Of a stretch of 64,000 nucleotides of DNA, positions 35,791 through 46,261 are shown piece after piece. The DNA is from Oscillospiraceae bacterium (GTDB taxonomy: Bacteria; Bacillota; Clostridia; Oscillospirales; QAMX01), in NCBI GenBank assembly GCA_015067705.1, contig SVLW01000001.1, positions 8,653 to 72,652 of the forward strand, read 5' to 3'. The translations under genes were made by a program, and so were the position numbers. Under the pieces are notes generated by a model. The model saw only the letters and a program-made list of their open reading frames with translations, ran no database searches and had not been told where the DNA came from. Position 1 is the stretch's first letter, and the number at the start of each line of letters is the position of its first letter.

Positions 35791-35794
35791 AATC

Positions 35795-36373
35795 TTATGC
35801 ACGATCTTTGCCGTGAAGCGCCGCATAGGCCTCTGCAATCAGAATGAAATCCTCATAGGCCTCCTCCCGTTTGGAGGGGTCCCGCAGAAGCGCCGAGGGA
35901 TGATAAGTGGCGATCATACGATACGCGCCCTTTTCATACCACATCCCATGCTCTTTCGTAATGCGGAAGTCGGGATCAATGATCCGCTTGGCGGCGATGC
36001 GGCCCAGGCAGACAATGATCTTCGGACGGAGCAGCGCCGTCTGGCGACGGAGCCACGGCAGACAGGCCTCCTCTTCCTCCGGCTTGGGATCCCGGTTACG
36101 GGGCGGACGGCATTTTAAGATATTGGCGATATACACTTCTTCCCGGGAAATGCCCACCGCGTTCAGGTATTCGTCCAGCAACTTTCCGGCGGGGCCCACA
36201 AAGGGTTCGCCCGTGAGATCCTCCCGTTCGCCGGGGCCTTCCCCGATAAAGAGGAGCTCTGCCTGATGACTGCCGACGCCGAACACCACGTTGGTGCGGG
36301 TTTCATGGAGCGGACAGGCCTGACACGCATGACAGGCGGCGTCCAACGCTTCCCAGTTCAGCATAGCGCTCAT
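35795..36373 (-). CDS. udg: Uracil-DNA glycosylase, family 4
   Basis: CHACQACPL, VFGVGSHQAELLFIGEGPGEREDLTGEPFVGPAGKLL, NILKCRPPRNRDP and HPSALLR. Confidence 0.85.
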   Translation of the reverse strand: MSAMLNWEALDAACHACQACPLHETRTNVVFGVGSHQAELLFIGEGPGEREDLTGEPFVGPAGKLLDEYLNAVGISREEVYIANILKCRPPRNRDPKPEEEEACLPWLRRQTALLRPKIIVCLGRIAAKRIIDPDFRITKEHGMWYEKGAYRMIATYHPSALLRDPSKREEAYEDFILIAEAYAALHGKDRA

Positions 36374-36382
36374 AAAAGCAAA

Positions 36383-37546
<1,164 letters not shown>

Positions 37547-37697
37547 ATATGTACCTCCAATGAGTGTCTATTTGAAATAAAGATAAGTCTCTTTCTATTA
37601 TTTTAACCGCATTTGCGTCCATAGTCAACATGAAATTACAAATATTTTAACCAAATTGTCACCATCATACTGGAAAGCATGAGAGATATTTCCCATT

Positions 37698-38654
37698 TTA
37701 TGTGGTGTACGGTCGGAAATTCACTGTGGACGGCGTGGACAGGTCGATCACGCCCTGATCCGTTTCATGGAGACGGGACAATACTTCCTCAAATACCGCC
37801 AGCTTGTAGGGCAATTCACTGGCGTCTCCCAGAAGCACGGTATAGCGATTGCCATAGTTAAACGAGATATCGTAAATGCGTTCCAGATCGATATCCACGA
37901 TCTCTGTGATCCAGTCGGTGGCCACCAGTTCCGTGAGGATATTCTTGAGGGAGTCCAGCATCAGCTCGTCCTCGAACATCACTTCGCGGCCGGTCTCCAC
38001 CTCCGTGGGGGCCGCGCCGTGGATCACCGGCAGACGATACTGATCCCCCAGAGCCGTATACTCCAGAAGCACCGCTTCCTCGTCAATGAGATAGGAAATG
38101 CCGTTATTCTCCAGTTTCGCGGCAGGACGACGCTCCGTGATCTCCAAAACCACGGTATTGGGGAAGCGCTGGCGCACCTGCATTTTTTTCACATAAGGCA
38201 GTTCTGCCCGGATATTCTCCCAGATTTCAAAACGATTGATAAAGAGCAGACGGTCGCCGGTCTGGATGCCGGAAATGGCGGCCACCTGTTCCGGCAGGTA
38301 TTTTGTGGTGCCGGTGACTTCGATGCGCTTCACCTCAAAGAAGGTGGAGGCAATGAAGAAGAGCGCCGCGGCGATCATGCCCACGAGCAGGACGCGGTAC
38401 AGGATCTCGCCGCCGTTTCCGTCCTCCCGGCGGCGGGCTTTCCGGGCCTCACGGAAGGTGAAGGGCTCCACTTCCCGCACGCGACGGCGATTTCTCCGGG
38501 CCGGGGATCTTTTTGCCGCCGGACGACGATCCGCCGCGGGTGCCGCGGATTCTGCCCGGTTCTGCTGTGCTGCGGAATCTGCAGCAGAAGCAGGCCTCGG
38601 CGCATTTGCGCGGGGCCTGCTGCGATGATTCTTTTTTCTCTTTCGTGCTGCCAT
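37698..38654 (-). CDS. ftsQ: Cell division protein FtsQ/DivIB (POTRA domain)
   Basis: Basic N-terminal tail, one TM helix, then POTRA (FEVKRIEVTGTTKYLPEQVAAISGIQTGDRLL...FPNTVVLEITERRP). It lies between murA and ftsZ. Confidence 0.75.
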   Translation of the reverse strand: MAARKRKKNHRSRPRANAPRPASAADSAAQQNRAESAAPAADRRPAAKRSPARRNRRRVREVEPFTFREARKARRREDGNGGEILYRVLLVGMIAAALFFIASTFFEVKRIEVTGTTKYLPEQVAAISGIQTGDRLLFINRFEIWENIRAELPYVKKMQVRQRFPNTVVLEITERRPAAKLENNGISYLIDEEAVLLEYTALGDQYRLPVIHGAAPTEVETGREVMFEDELMLDSLKNILTELVATDWITEIVDIDLERIYDISFNYGNRYTVLLGDASELPYKLAVFEEVLSRLHETDQGVIDLSTPSTVNFRPYTT

Positions 38655-38678
38655 AAAAGCACACTCCAAGGTAAAAAT

Positions 38679-39935
38679 TCAAAATTCCCGTCGGCACACC
38701 TCTGCGCCAAGGGAGGAGAGCACCTCATCCATGCGCGCATAGCCGCGGTCCAGATAGTCGATATGGGAAATAGTGGTCTCCCCATTAGCCCCCAGCGCGG
38801 CAGTTACCAGTGCCGCGGCGGCCCGCAGATCAGGAGCGGACACCGCCGCACCCGTCAGCCGGGGAACCCCATGGATCGCCGCGAAGCGGCCATCCGTCAG
38901 GATATCCGCACCCATGCGGCGCAGCTCCTCAATATGATTATACCGGGATGCAAACATGGTTTCCAGGAATATGCTGGTGCCTTTTCCCGTACAGGCCAGC
39001 GCCAGAAGGGGCGGCTGTAAATCCGTGGGATAGGCGGGATACGGGCCGGTCTCAATGATGCCCACGGCGCGCAGATTTCTCGGGGCATGCAGGCGCAGAC
39101 GACTGCCGTTCACGGTCAGGGTACAGCCTGCGCGGAGCAGCGCATCCGTCAGGGCGCGCAGTTCCAAAGGATTTGCGTTTGTCAGTTCGATCTCGCCGCC
39201 GGTGACAGCGGCGGCGCAGAGATAAGTGCCCGCGGCAATGCGGTCCGTCATCACGGGATAGCGCACGCCGTGGGGCCGACTGCCGCCGGTGATCTCGATG
39301 ACCGGTGTGCCGGCGCCCCGCACCGGGATGCCGATAGCGTTCAGAAATCCCGCCAGATCCACAATTTCCGGTTCTCTGGCGGCGTTGCGGATTCGGGTAA
39401 GTCCCCGGCAGGCCGCGGCCGCCAGCATGGCATTCTCCGTAGCGCCCACCGAAGGGAAAGGCAGGAGAAGCTCCGCACCCCGGAGACGGCAGGCACGGCA
39501 GAGCAGCCGGTCGCCGCAAAGGTCAATATCCGCGCCCAGTGCGCGGAGTGCGTCAATATGATAGTCAATAGGCCGGGGACCCAGCATACAGCCCCCGGGC
39601 ATGGTCATTTCCGCCCGGCCGGCCCGGGCCAGAATGGCGCCCAGAAACACCACCGAGGAGCGCATCCGCTTCATAAGATGCGCCGGGATATCGCAGGCAT
39701 GCATCCCGGTGGCGTCCACCGTCACTGCGCTGCCGCAGCGATGGGCCCGACAACCCAGGTATGTAAGGATCTCCAGTGCCGCGTCCACGTCGCTGAGGGC
39801 CGGGCAATTGTCCAGCACCACCTCGCCGCAAACCAAAAGCGCCGCGGCCAGAAGGGGCAGCGCACTGTTTTTGGAGCCCTGCACGGCGATGGCGCCGCGC
39901 AGCTTTCTTCCGCCGTTTATGAGAAACTCCGTCAT
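38679..39935 (-). CDS. murA: UDP-N-acetylglucosamine 1-carboxyvinyltransferase
   Basis: INGGRKLRGAIAVQGSKNSALPLLAAALL, the GGC active-site-Cys region (MPGGCMLGPRPID) and YPAYPTDLQ. Confidence 0.9.
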   Translation of the reverse strand: MTEFLINGGRKLRGAIAVQGSKNSALPLLAAALLVCGEVVLDNCPALSDVDAALEILTYLGCRAHRCGSAVTVDATGMHACDIPAHLMKRMRSSVVFLGAILARAGRAEMTMPGGCMLGPRPIDYHIDALRALGADIDLCGDRLLCRACRLRGAELLLPFPSVGATENAMLAAAACRGLTRIRNAAREPEIVDLAGFLNAIGIPVRGAGTPVIEITGGSRPHGVRYPVMTDRIAAGTYLCAAAVTGGEIELTNANPLELRALTDALLRAGCTLTVNGSRLRLHAPRNLRAVGIIETGPYPAYPTDLQPPLLALACTGKGTSIFLETMFASRYNHIEELRRMGADILTDGRFAAIHGVPRLTGAAVSAPDLRAAAALVTAALGANGETTISHIDYLDRGYARMDEVLSSLGAEVCRREF

Positions 39936-40018
39936 GGTTTTTGCCTCCTGTATGGGGCGCCGCCAGGGCGCCCGTCATGCATTCAGCCCATACTATGCGG
40001 GAGTTTTCGTTCCTGTGC

Positions 40019-41137
40019 TTAGTTCCGCACCACGCCACTGATGGCGGCATAGATCTGATCCATGGCGTCCGGCACCGCGAAGCGGGCGATGTTCCGGGAC
40101 ATTTCGGAAAGACGCGCCGGATCCTCCAAAAGTTCGCAGGCGGTGGAGAAGAGCTTTTCTGCGGTGCAGTCCCGCTCCACGATCACCACGGCGCCGCCTT
40201 CCTTTTCGATGGCGCGGGCGTTCTTTTCCTGATGGTTCTCCGCCACATTGGGGGACGGCACAATGATGATGGGCTTACCCATCATAGCCATCTCGCCTAA
40301 GGTGGCCGCGCCGGCGCGGCACAGGATCAGATCCGCGGCGGCATAGACCTCTGCGGCATTATAGATATAATCCCGCACTTCGATATTGGGGTGTTTGGAA
40401 AGATCCACGCCGTGGGCGGCGATCTCTTCCGGCACCCACTTGTAACCATAGCTGCCGATGGCATGGATCAGGTTATGACGGTCCTCCTTCGCCTCCATGG
40501 CGATGAATTCCGTCATCACATGGTTCATGCGCTCCGCACCCAGAGAGCCCCAGACAGAGACAATGAGGGGGCGGCTGTCGATGCCCAGCGCCCGGCGTGC
40601 CTCGTCCCGTTTGGCGAAGAGGATATCCTCCCGCACGGGACTGCCGGTGAGGATGATTTTATCACTCTTGATCAGCTTACGGGTCTCCTCAAAACTGATC
40701 ATCACAGCATCCGCCTTGTGGGACAGCACCTTGGTGGTGAGGCCGGGCAGGGCGTTGACCTCCAAAATCGCCGTGGGGATCTTTTTGGTCTGGGCCGCAT
40801 AGACGATGGGGAAACTGGCATACCCGCCGCAGCCGATGGCCACGTCGGGACGGAATTCCTCCACCAGGCGCTTGGCCTGAGACAGGGCCCGACCGGCCTT
40901 GCGGAGGATCTTCAGATTATAGGAAATGCCCTTCAGATTCAGGCTGCGGCGGAAGCCGCGAATGTCAAAGGTCTCCAGGCGGAAGCCCTCTCTTGTCACC
41001 AGTTTTTCTTCCAGGCCGCCTTTTGCGCCGCAGAAGACCACCTCACTGCCGGGGCAGCGGGTCATGATATGCTTTGCGATGGCGAGGGCGGGATTGATGT
41101 GTCCGCCGGTACCGCCGGTGCCGATCAATACTCTCAT
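40019..41137 (-). CDS. murG: UDP-N-acetylglucosamine--N-acetylmuramyl-(pentapeptide) pyrophosphoryl-undecaprenol GlcNAc transferase
   Basis: MRVLIGTGGTGGHINPALAIA, GGYASFP, LCRAGAATLGEMA and HQEKNA. Confidence 0.9.
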   Translation of the reverse strand: MRVLIGTGGTGGHINPALAIAKHIMTRCPGSEVVFCGAKGGLEEKLVTREGFRLETFDIRGFRRSLNLKGISYNLKILRKAGRALSQAKRLVEEFRPDVAIGCGGYASFPIVYAAQTKKIPTAILEVNALPGLTTKVLSHKADAVMISFEETRKLIKSDKIILTGSPVREDILFAKRDEARRALGIDSRPLIVSVWGSLGAERMNHVMTEFIAMEAKEDRHNLIHAIGSYGYKWVPEEIAAHGVDLSKHPNIEVRDYIYNAAEVYAAADLILCRAGAATLGEMAMMGKPIIIVPSPNVAENHQEKNARAIEKEGGAVVIVERDCTAEKLFSTACELLEDPARLSEMSRNIARFAVPDAMDQIYAAISGVVRN

Positions 41138-41142
41138 ACTTT

Positions 41143-42408
41143 CTATCCTTTCCGCTGTGCGGGGATCTGACGAGAGACCGACAGCACAACACCCAATTCA
41201 GCAAATAAAATCACCAGAGAAGTACCGCCCTGTGAGAAGAAGGGCAGCGATGCGCCCGTCACCGGCAAAAGACCGGTGACAACGCCGATATTCAGGATGG
41301 TCTGCAGGGCGATCTGTGTGGTAAAGCCTGCCACCATCAAAGAACCGAAATTATCCCGGGCACGGAGCGCAATGTAATAGCCCCGCACAATGAAGGCCGC
41401 GAACACGATGAGGATCAGTGCACCGCCCACAAAGCCCAGTTCTTCGCACACGATGGCGAAGATAAAGTCGTTCTGGGGTTCCGGCAGGAAGAGCTGTTTC
41501 TGACGGCTCTGCCCCAGGCCCAGACCCCACATTCCGCCGGAGCCCAGCGCATACAGCGACTGGAGGATCTGATAGCCATCGCCCTGTGCGTCCAGGGTGG
41601 GGTCGATCCACATGTTGATGCGGTCAAGGCCATAGCCGACACCAAAGACGATGAAGAGTGCCACCGCCACCAGCACAACGCCCATTCCCGCCAGAATGCC
41701 GATATTGGCCCCCGCCATGAAGATGATCAGGATGCCGGTGATGGCAATGATGATGGTGGCGGAGAGGTGGGGCTCCTTCATCAGGAGGAAGCCCACAAAG
41801 CCGATGATGATAAGGAAGGGCAGAATGCCGTAGCGGAAGGTACGCATCCGCTTGCCCATACGCACGGCAAGACTGGAGAAACTGATGATCACCGCCGCCT
41901 TGGCTACCTCGGAGGGCTGGAACGTGAAGGTTTCGCCGACGCCGATCCAGCGGGTAGCGTTATTTCGCGTCTGTCCGATAAAGAGCACCAGCACCAGAAG
42001 CACAATCGCCGTCACCAGCATGGGGAAGGCCAGGCGGTGCAGAATCTGGTACGGGATGGCCATGACGATGAAAAGCACGATATAGCCCAGGACGAAGAAG
42101 ATGAACTGTCGCCAGATGAAATAGGTGGCGTCGCCCTGGTAGAAATGGGCGGAGGTGTAACTGGCGGAGAAGAGCATGACCAGTCCGATCAGGGTCAGCA
42201 TCACCACCAGCATAAAATACGGCACGTCAAATCCGCCCACCGTGGGACGCTCCGCCATTTTGCGGCGGCGTACCTCACGCCGGACAGGAGCCTGCGCCTC
42301 CGCCGCCGCGGTCATGCCCCCCTCGCGGGGTGCAGCAGCACGGGGCGTGCGGGTCTCGATAGAGCGCTGCGCCGGGAGCGCGCGCGAATGCCGTCTTCTA
42401 CCTGCCAT
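41143..42408 (-). CDS. SEDS-family peptidoglycan polymerase FtsW/SpoVE
   Basis: A 10-TM SEDS pattern is present (RWIGVGETFTFQPSEVAK, YQILQSLYALGSGGMWGLGLGQSRQKQLFLPEPQNDFIFA). ATG 42408 follows GAGGAGG. The N-terminal tail is about 60 aa and Arg-rich. Confidence 0.85.
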   Translation of the reverse strand: MAGRRRHSRALPAQRSIETRTPRAAAPREGGMTAAAEAQAPVRREVRRRKMAERPTVGGFDVPYFMLVVMLTLIGLVMLFSASYTSAHFYQGDATYFIWRQFIFFVLGYIVLFIVMAIPYQILHRLAFPMLVTAIVLLVLVLFIGQTRNNATRWIGVGETFTFQPSEVAKAAVIISFSSLAVRMGKRMRTFRYGILPFLIIIGFVGFLLMKEPHLSATIIIAITGILIIFMAGANIGILAGMGVVLVAVALFIVFGVGYGLDRINMWIDPTLDAQGDGYQILQSLYALGSGGMWGLGLGQSRQKQLFLPEPQNDFIFAIVCEELGFVGGALILIVFAAFIVRGYYIALRARDNFGSLMVAGFTTQIALQTILNIGVVTGLLPVTGASLPFFSQGGTSLVILFAELGVVLSVSRQIPAQRKG

Positions 42409-42433
42409 ATAAGCCTCCTCAGGGCAAAGGAAA

Positions 42434-43414
42434 TCAGAGCCACCGGACGCCGAAATAGCCCAGGACACAGAAAAGGGCGGTGATCAGGGATGCCGTGATC
42501 ACGATCTGGCGTTCGTTATAGCCGCAAAGTTCAAAGTGATGGTGAATGGGGGACATTTTGAAAAGGCGCTTGCCGTGGGTCAGCTTGAAATACCCCACCT
42601 GCAGGATCACGCTTAATACCTCAACGATGTAGACAAGACCCACCGGCAGGAGAATCAGCGGCAGATCAATGGCAAAGGCCAGACCGGCCACCAGACCGCC
42701 CAAAAACAGGGAGCCGGTATCGCCCATAAAGACACGGGCGGGATTGAAGTTATAAATCAGGAAGCCCAGCAGCGCGCCTGCCGCCGCAGCGGGCAGGATC
42801 GCCAGCGTTCCCTCCGCCAGATACAGAGCGGCGGCGGTGAAGAACACCATAACCACAAAGGTCACACTGGCGGCCAGACCATCCAGACCGTCGGTGAGGT
42901 TCACGGCATTGTCCGCGCCCACGATGACGAAGCTCATGAAGATGAAGTAGAGGATCCACGGTACCTCAAAGCTCACATTCAGGAAGGGCACCACGATCAC
43001 GTTAGTCAGCATGCCGCAGACACGCAGCAGCGTGATGAACACGATAGCCACGGCCAGCTGCAGGAGGAATTTCTGCTTGGCGGAAAGACCCTTGTTCTGG
43101 CTCTTTTTGATCTTATGCCAGTCGTCGATAAAGCCGATGGCGCCGTATGCCGTCGCCATGGCAAGCACGATGAGCCAGCGCAGGGCGTCCTCGCCCTTCG
43201 TGAGCAGTAAGGCCACCAGCATAGCAGCCACGATGCCGAAGAAGAAGATAAAGCCGCCCATAGTGGCGATGTTCTGCTTTTTCAGATGCCACTTGGGGCC
43301 GTCCTCCAGAATCTTCTGGCCAAATTTCAGACGGCGCAGCGTTTTGATGACAAAGGGGCCCACCGCAGCGGACACCGCAAAGGCCACAATAAATGCAATC
43401 AGAATTTCCTTCAT
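42434..43414 (-). CDS. mraY: Phospho-N-acetylmuramoyl-pentapeptide transferase
   Basis: KQNIATMGG, NAVNLTDGLDGLA, FMGDTGSLFLGG and SPIHHHFE. Confidence 0.95.
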   Translation of the reverse strand: MKEILIAFIVAFAVSAAVGPFVIKTLRRLKFGQKILEDGPKWHLKKQNIATMGGFIFFFGIVAAMLVALLLTKGEDALRWLIVLAMATAYGAIGFIDDWHKIKKSQNKGLSAKQKFLLQLAVAIVFITLLRVCGMLTNVIVVPFLNVSFEVPWILYFIFMSFVIVGADNAVNLTDGLDGLAASVTFVVMVFFTAAALYLAEGTLAILPAAAAGALLGFLIYNFNPARVFMGDTGSLFLGGLVAGLAFAIDLPLILLPVGLVYIVEVLSVILQVGYFKLTHGKRLFKMSPIHHHFELCGYNERQIVITASLITALFCVLGYFGVRWL

Positions 43415-43438
43415 GCGTAAACCCTTCCGATTCTATCG

Positions 43439-44797
43439 TTATTTTTGAAAAAGTGCCAGTGCTTTTTCCATATGCATGCCATGACTGCCCTTGAAAAGCA
43501 CCGCGTCGCCGGGGGACGCCAGTTCACTGAGGCGGGCCGCCAATGCCTCGTGGCTTTCAAAGCACGCCATCCGCTCTTCCGGCATTCCGGCCGCTCTTGC
43601 GCCGTCCAGATAGCCATTGTCACCGTAGACGAAGAGATAATCCGCCGATTCCGCGGCGGCGCGGCCGCAGCGGGCATGGCCCTCGTGGGCGTAATCGCCC
43701 AGCTCCAGCATGCCGCCCAGCACCGCGAAGCGGCGCTTCGCCGGCAGGTCTTTCAGCACGCCAAGAGAGGCGCACACGGCCTCGGGACTGGCGTTATAAC
43801 AGTCGTCCAGGATAATGATGCCGCGGGATTCATAGATGTTCTGTCTGCCCCGGGCGGGCTGGTACCGGGACACGGCCGCAGCGGCATCCGAAAAGTCCAT
43901 GCCCACACAGACGCCCGCCAGAATGGCTGCCAGCGCATTGGATACATTATGCTCCCCGACTGCGGGCAGGGTCACTTCCGCGCGTTCCCCTTCATAGGAA
44001 ACCAGGAAGCGGGTGCTGCCGTTTTCCGTAGAGAGATTTTCCGCCGTACAATCGGCATTCGGATTATGTAAACCATAAGTCAGGGTACGGAAGCCATTAT
44101 CCGCCCGGCGTTCCCAGAGAAGCGGCTCGTCGCCGTTTATGATCAGGGTGCCGTCGGGGTGGAGACCATGCAAAATCTCAAGCTTTGCCTGACAGATCTT
44201 TTCCCGGGTGCCGAAAAACTCGATGTGCGCCGTGCCGATGGTGTTGATCACCGCCACATCCGGGCGGGCCATCCGGGTCAGGCGGCTCAGCTCGCCGGGC
44301 TGGGACATGCCCATCTCGAGAACCGCAGCCTCATGCCCCGCATCCAGGCGGAACAGGGCAAATGGCAGGCCGATCTGTCCGTTAGAGTCCTCTTCGGTCT
44401 TGAGCAGGCGATATCGGGAACCCAGGACCGCCGCGGTCATCATGGCCGTGGTGGTCTTACCCACGCTGCCGGTGATGCCGACGATTTTGGGAGAAAACAG
44501 GCTGCGATAGCCTGCGGCGATGGCCTGGTAGGCATCGCGGACATTTTCCACCTGCAGAAGCGGCACCTCTGCCGTCATCCCCTCACGGGCGCAAAGAGAC
44601 GCAGACGCACCGTTTGCCACGGCGGAGGCCAGGAAGTCATGCCCGTCGAATCTGGCGCCGGGCAGAGGAATGAATAAACTGCCTGGACGAGCCGCACGGC
44701 TGTCCTTGCAGATATCGTCAATGATGAGATGCTCCGCACCCCTGGGACACACGGCCCCGGCCCATGCGGCGATCTCTCCCAGTGTCACTTCACGCAT
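43439..44797 (-). CDS. murF: UDP-N-acetylmuramoyl-tripeptide--D-alanyl-D-alanine ligase
   Basis: GITGSVGKTTT, ILEMGMSQPGE, INTIGTAHIEFFG and DDCYNASP. ATG 44797 overlaps the murE stop by 8 nt. The track start at 44806 is a GTG. Confidence 0.9.
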   Translation of the reverse strand: MREVTLGEIAAWAGAVCPRGAEHLIIDDICKDSRAARPGSLFIPLPGARFDGHDFLASAVANGASASLCAREGMTAEVPLLQVENVRDAYQAIAAGYRSLFSPKIVGITGSVGKTTTAMMTAAVLGSRYRLLKTEEDSNGQIGLPFALFRLDAGHEAAVLEMGMSQPGELSRLTRMARPDVAVINTIGTAHIEFFGTREKICQAKLEILHGLHPDGTLIINGDEPLLWERRADNGFRTLTYGLHNPNADCTAENLSTENGSTRFLVSYEGERAEVTLPAVGEHNVSNALAAILAGVCVGMDFSDAAAAVSRYQPARGRQNIYESRGIIILDDCYNASPEAVCASLGVLKDLPAKRRFAVLGGMLELGDYAHEGHARCGRAAAESADYLFVYGDNGYLDGARAAGMPEERMACFESHEALAARLSELASPGDAVLFKGSHGMHMEKALALFQK

Positions 44798-46250
44798 GCC
44801 AGCCACCCCGTTTCAAGGCCGAAAGCACTTCCTCCGCATCATCGAAGTGGGAGCGCACGCCCCGCACCTCCTGATAGGTCTCGTGACCCTTGCCCATGAT
44901 GAGCACGGTGTCGCCGGGGCCGGCCAGAGACACGGCGCGGGCGATGGCCGCGCGGCGGTCCGGGATCACTTCCGTGGGACAGGCATCCCGGTCGATACCG
45001 GGCAGAATGTCCGCAATGATGTCGTCGGGTTCTTCAAAGCGGGGATTATCGGTGGTGACGATCAGAAGATCGGCATAGCGGGCAGCGGCCTCACCCATGA
45101 GGGGGCGCTTGGTGCGGTCACGGTTGCCGCCGCAGCCAAAGAGGGAGATGAGACGACCGGAGGTGAATTCCCTTGCGGTCTCGGAGATCTGGCGCACGCT
45201 GTCGGGGGTGTGGGCATAGTCCACCAATACCCGGAAGGGCTGGCCCGCGTCCACATGCTGCAGTCTGCCGGGGACGGCGGGTGCGGTGCACATGGCGGCA
45301 CAGGCATCCCGGAAGGAGACGCCCAGCTCCAGCGCGGCAGTGATGGCCGCCAGCGCGTTATAGATCATAAACTGTCCTGCGCTTGAGAGGCGCACGCGAT
45401 GGCGTTCCCCGCCGTAGACTGCCGTGAAGGATGCACCGGCATCCTCGGCATAGGAGATTTCCTCGGCACGCACAGCGGCGTCGGGATGATTCAGGCCGAA
45501 TCCGACGGCGCGGCAGGGAAGCGCGGGATACAGGCCCGCCGCCGCGGCATCGTCCAGATTCAGCGCACCGCAGCCCGCCATGGAGAAGATTTTGGCCTTG
45601 GCGGCCAGATAATTTTCCATGGTGAGATGATAGTCCAGATGATCCTGGGAAAGATTCGTGAAAATAGCGGAGGCGAAGCGGATGCCTCCCACGCGGCCCA
45701 CATCCAGAGAATGAGAGCTGACCTCCATCACCACATGGGTACAGCCCCGGGCAGCCATTTTGGCCAGAGTCTCATGGAGAAGCGGCGCCTCCGGCGTGGA
45801 GTTCTTGGAATCGCAGAGGATCTCCTCCCCTGCCATATACCAGACCGTGCCGATAAGACCCACCTTGGCGCCCAGCGCCTTCGTGAGGATATGTTTCAGG
45901 TTAAAGGCGGTGGTGGATTTTCCCTTGGTACCGGTGATGCCGATAATCTGCATCCGGTCGGCGGGATTTCCGTAGAAATTGGCGCAGATCTGTGCAAGCG
46001 CCGCATTGCCGTCCGCCACCTGTACGCTGGCGCAGTCCGGCAGATCCCGCTGGGACACAATGAGGCTGGCGCCGGTTTCCCGGGCCGCGTCGATATAATC
46101 ATGGCCGTCGGTGCCCACACGGCGGGATGCAATGAATGCAAAGCCGGGAAGTGCCTGGCGGGAGTCACAACACACGCCGGTGATCTCCGCCTCGGGATCA
46201 CAGTGCATGGCCAGCACAGGAACACCGCGTAATAGCTCTTTGATCTGCAT
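44790..46250 (-). CDS. murE: UDP-N-acetylmuramoyl-L-alanyl-D-glutamate--2,6-diaminopimelate ligase
   Basis: GITGTKGKSTT, MEVSSH, FTNLSQDHLDYH, VDYAHTPDS, GCGGNRD and TTDNPRFE. The DNPR motif is usually linked to meso-DAP specificity. Confidence 0.9.
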   Translation of the reverse strand: MQIKELLRGVPVLAMHCDPEAEITGVCCDSRQALPGFAFIASRRVGTDGHDYIDAARETGASLIVSQRDLPDCASVQVADGNAALAQICANFYGNPADRMQIIGITGTKGKSTTAFNLKHILTKALGAKVGLIGTVWYMAGEEILCDSKNSTPEAPLLHETLAKMAARGCTHVVMEVSSHSLDVGRVGGIRFASAIFTNLSQDHLDYHLTMENYLAAKAKIFSMAGCGALNLDDAAAAGLYPALPCRAVGFGLNHPDAAVRAEEISYAEDAGASFTAVYGGERHRVRLSSAGQFMIYNALAAITAALELGVSFRDACAAMCTAPAVPGRLQHVDAGQPFRVLVDYAHTPDSVRQISETAREFTSGRLISLFGCGGNRDRTKRPLMGEAAARYADLLIVTTDNPRFEEPDDIIADILPGIDRDACPTEVIPDRRAAIARAVSLAGPGDTVLIMGKGHETYQEVRGVRSHFDDAEEVLSALKRGGWHA

Positions 46251-46261
46251 ACTGGTTCTCC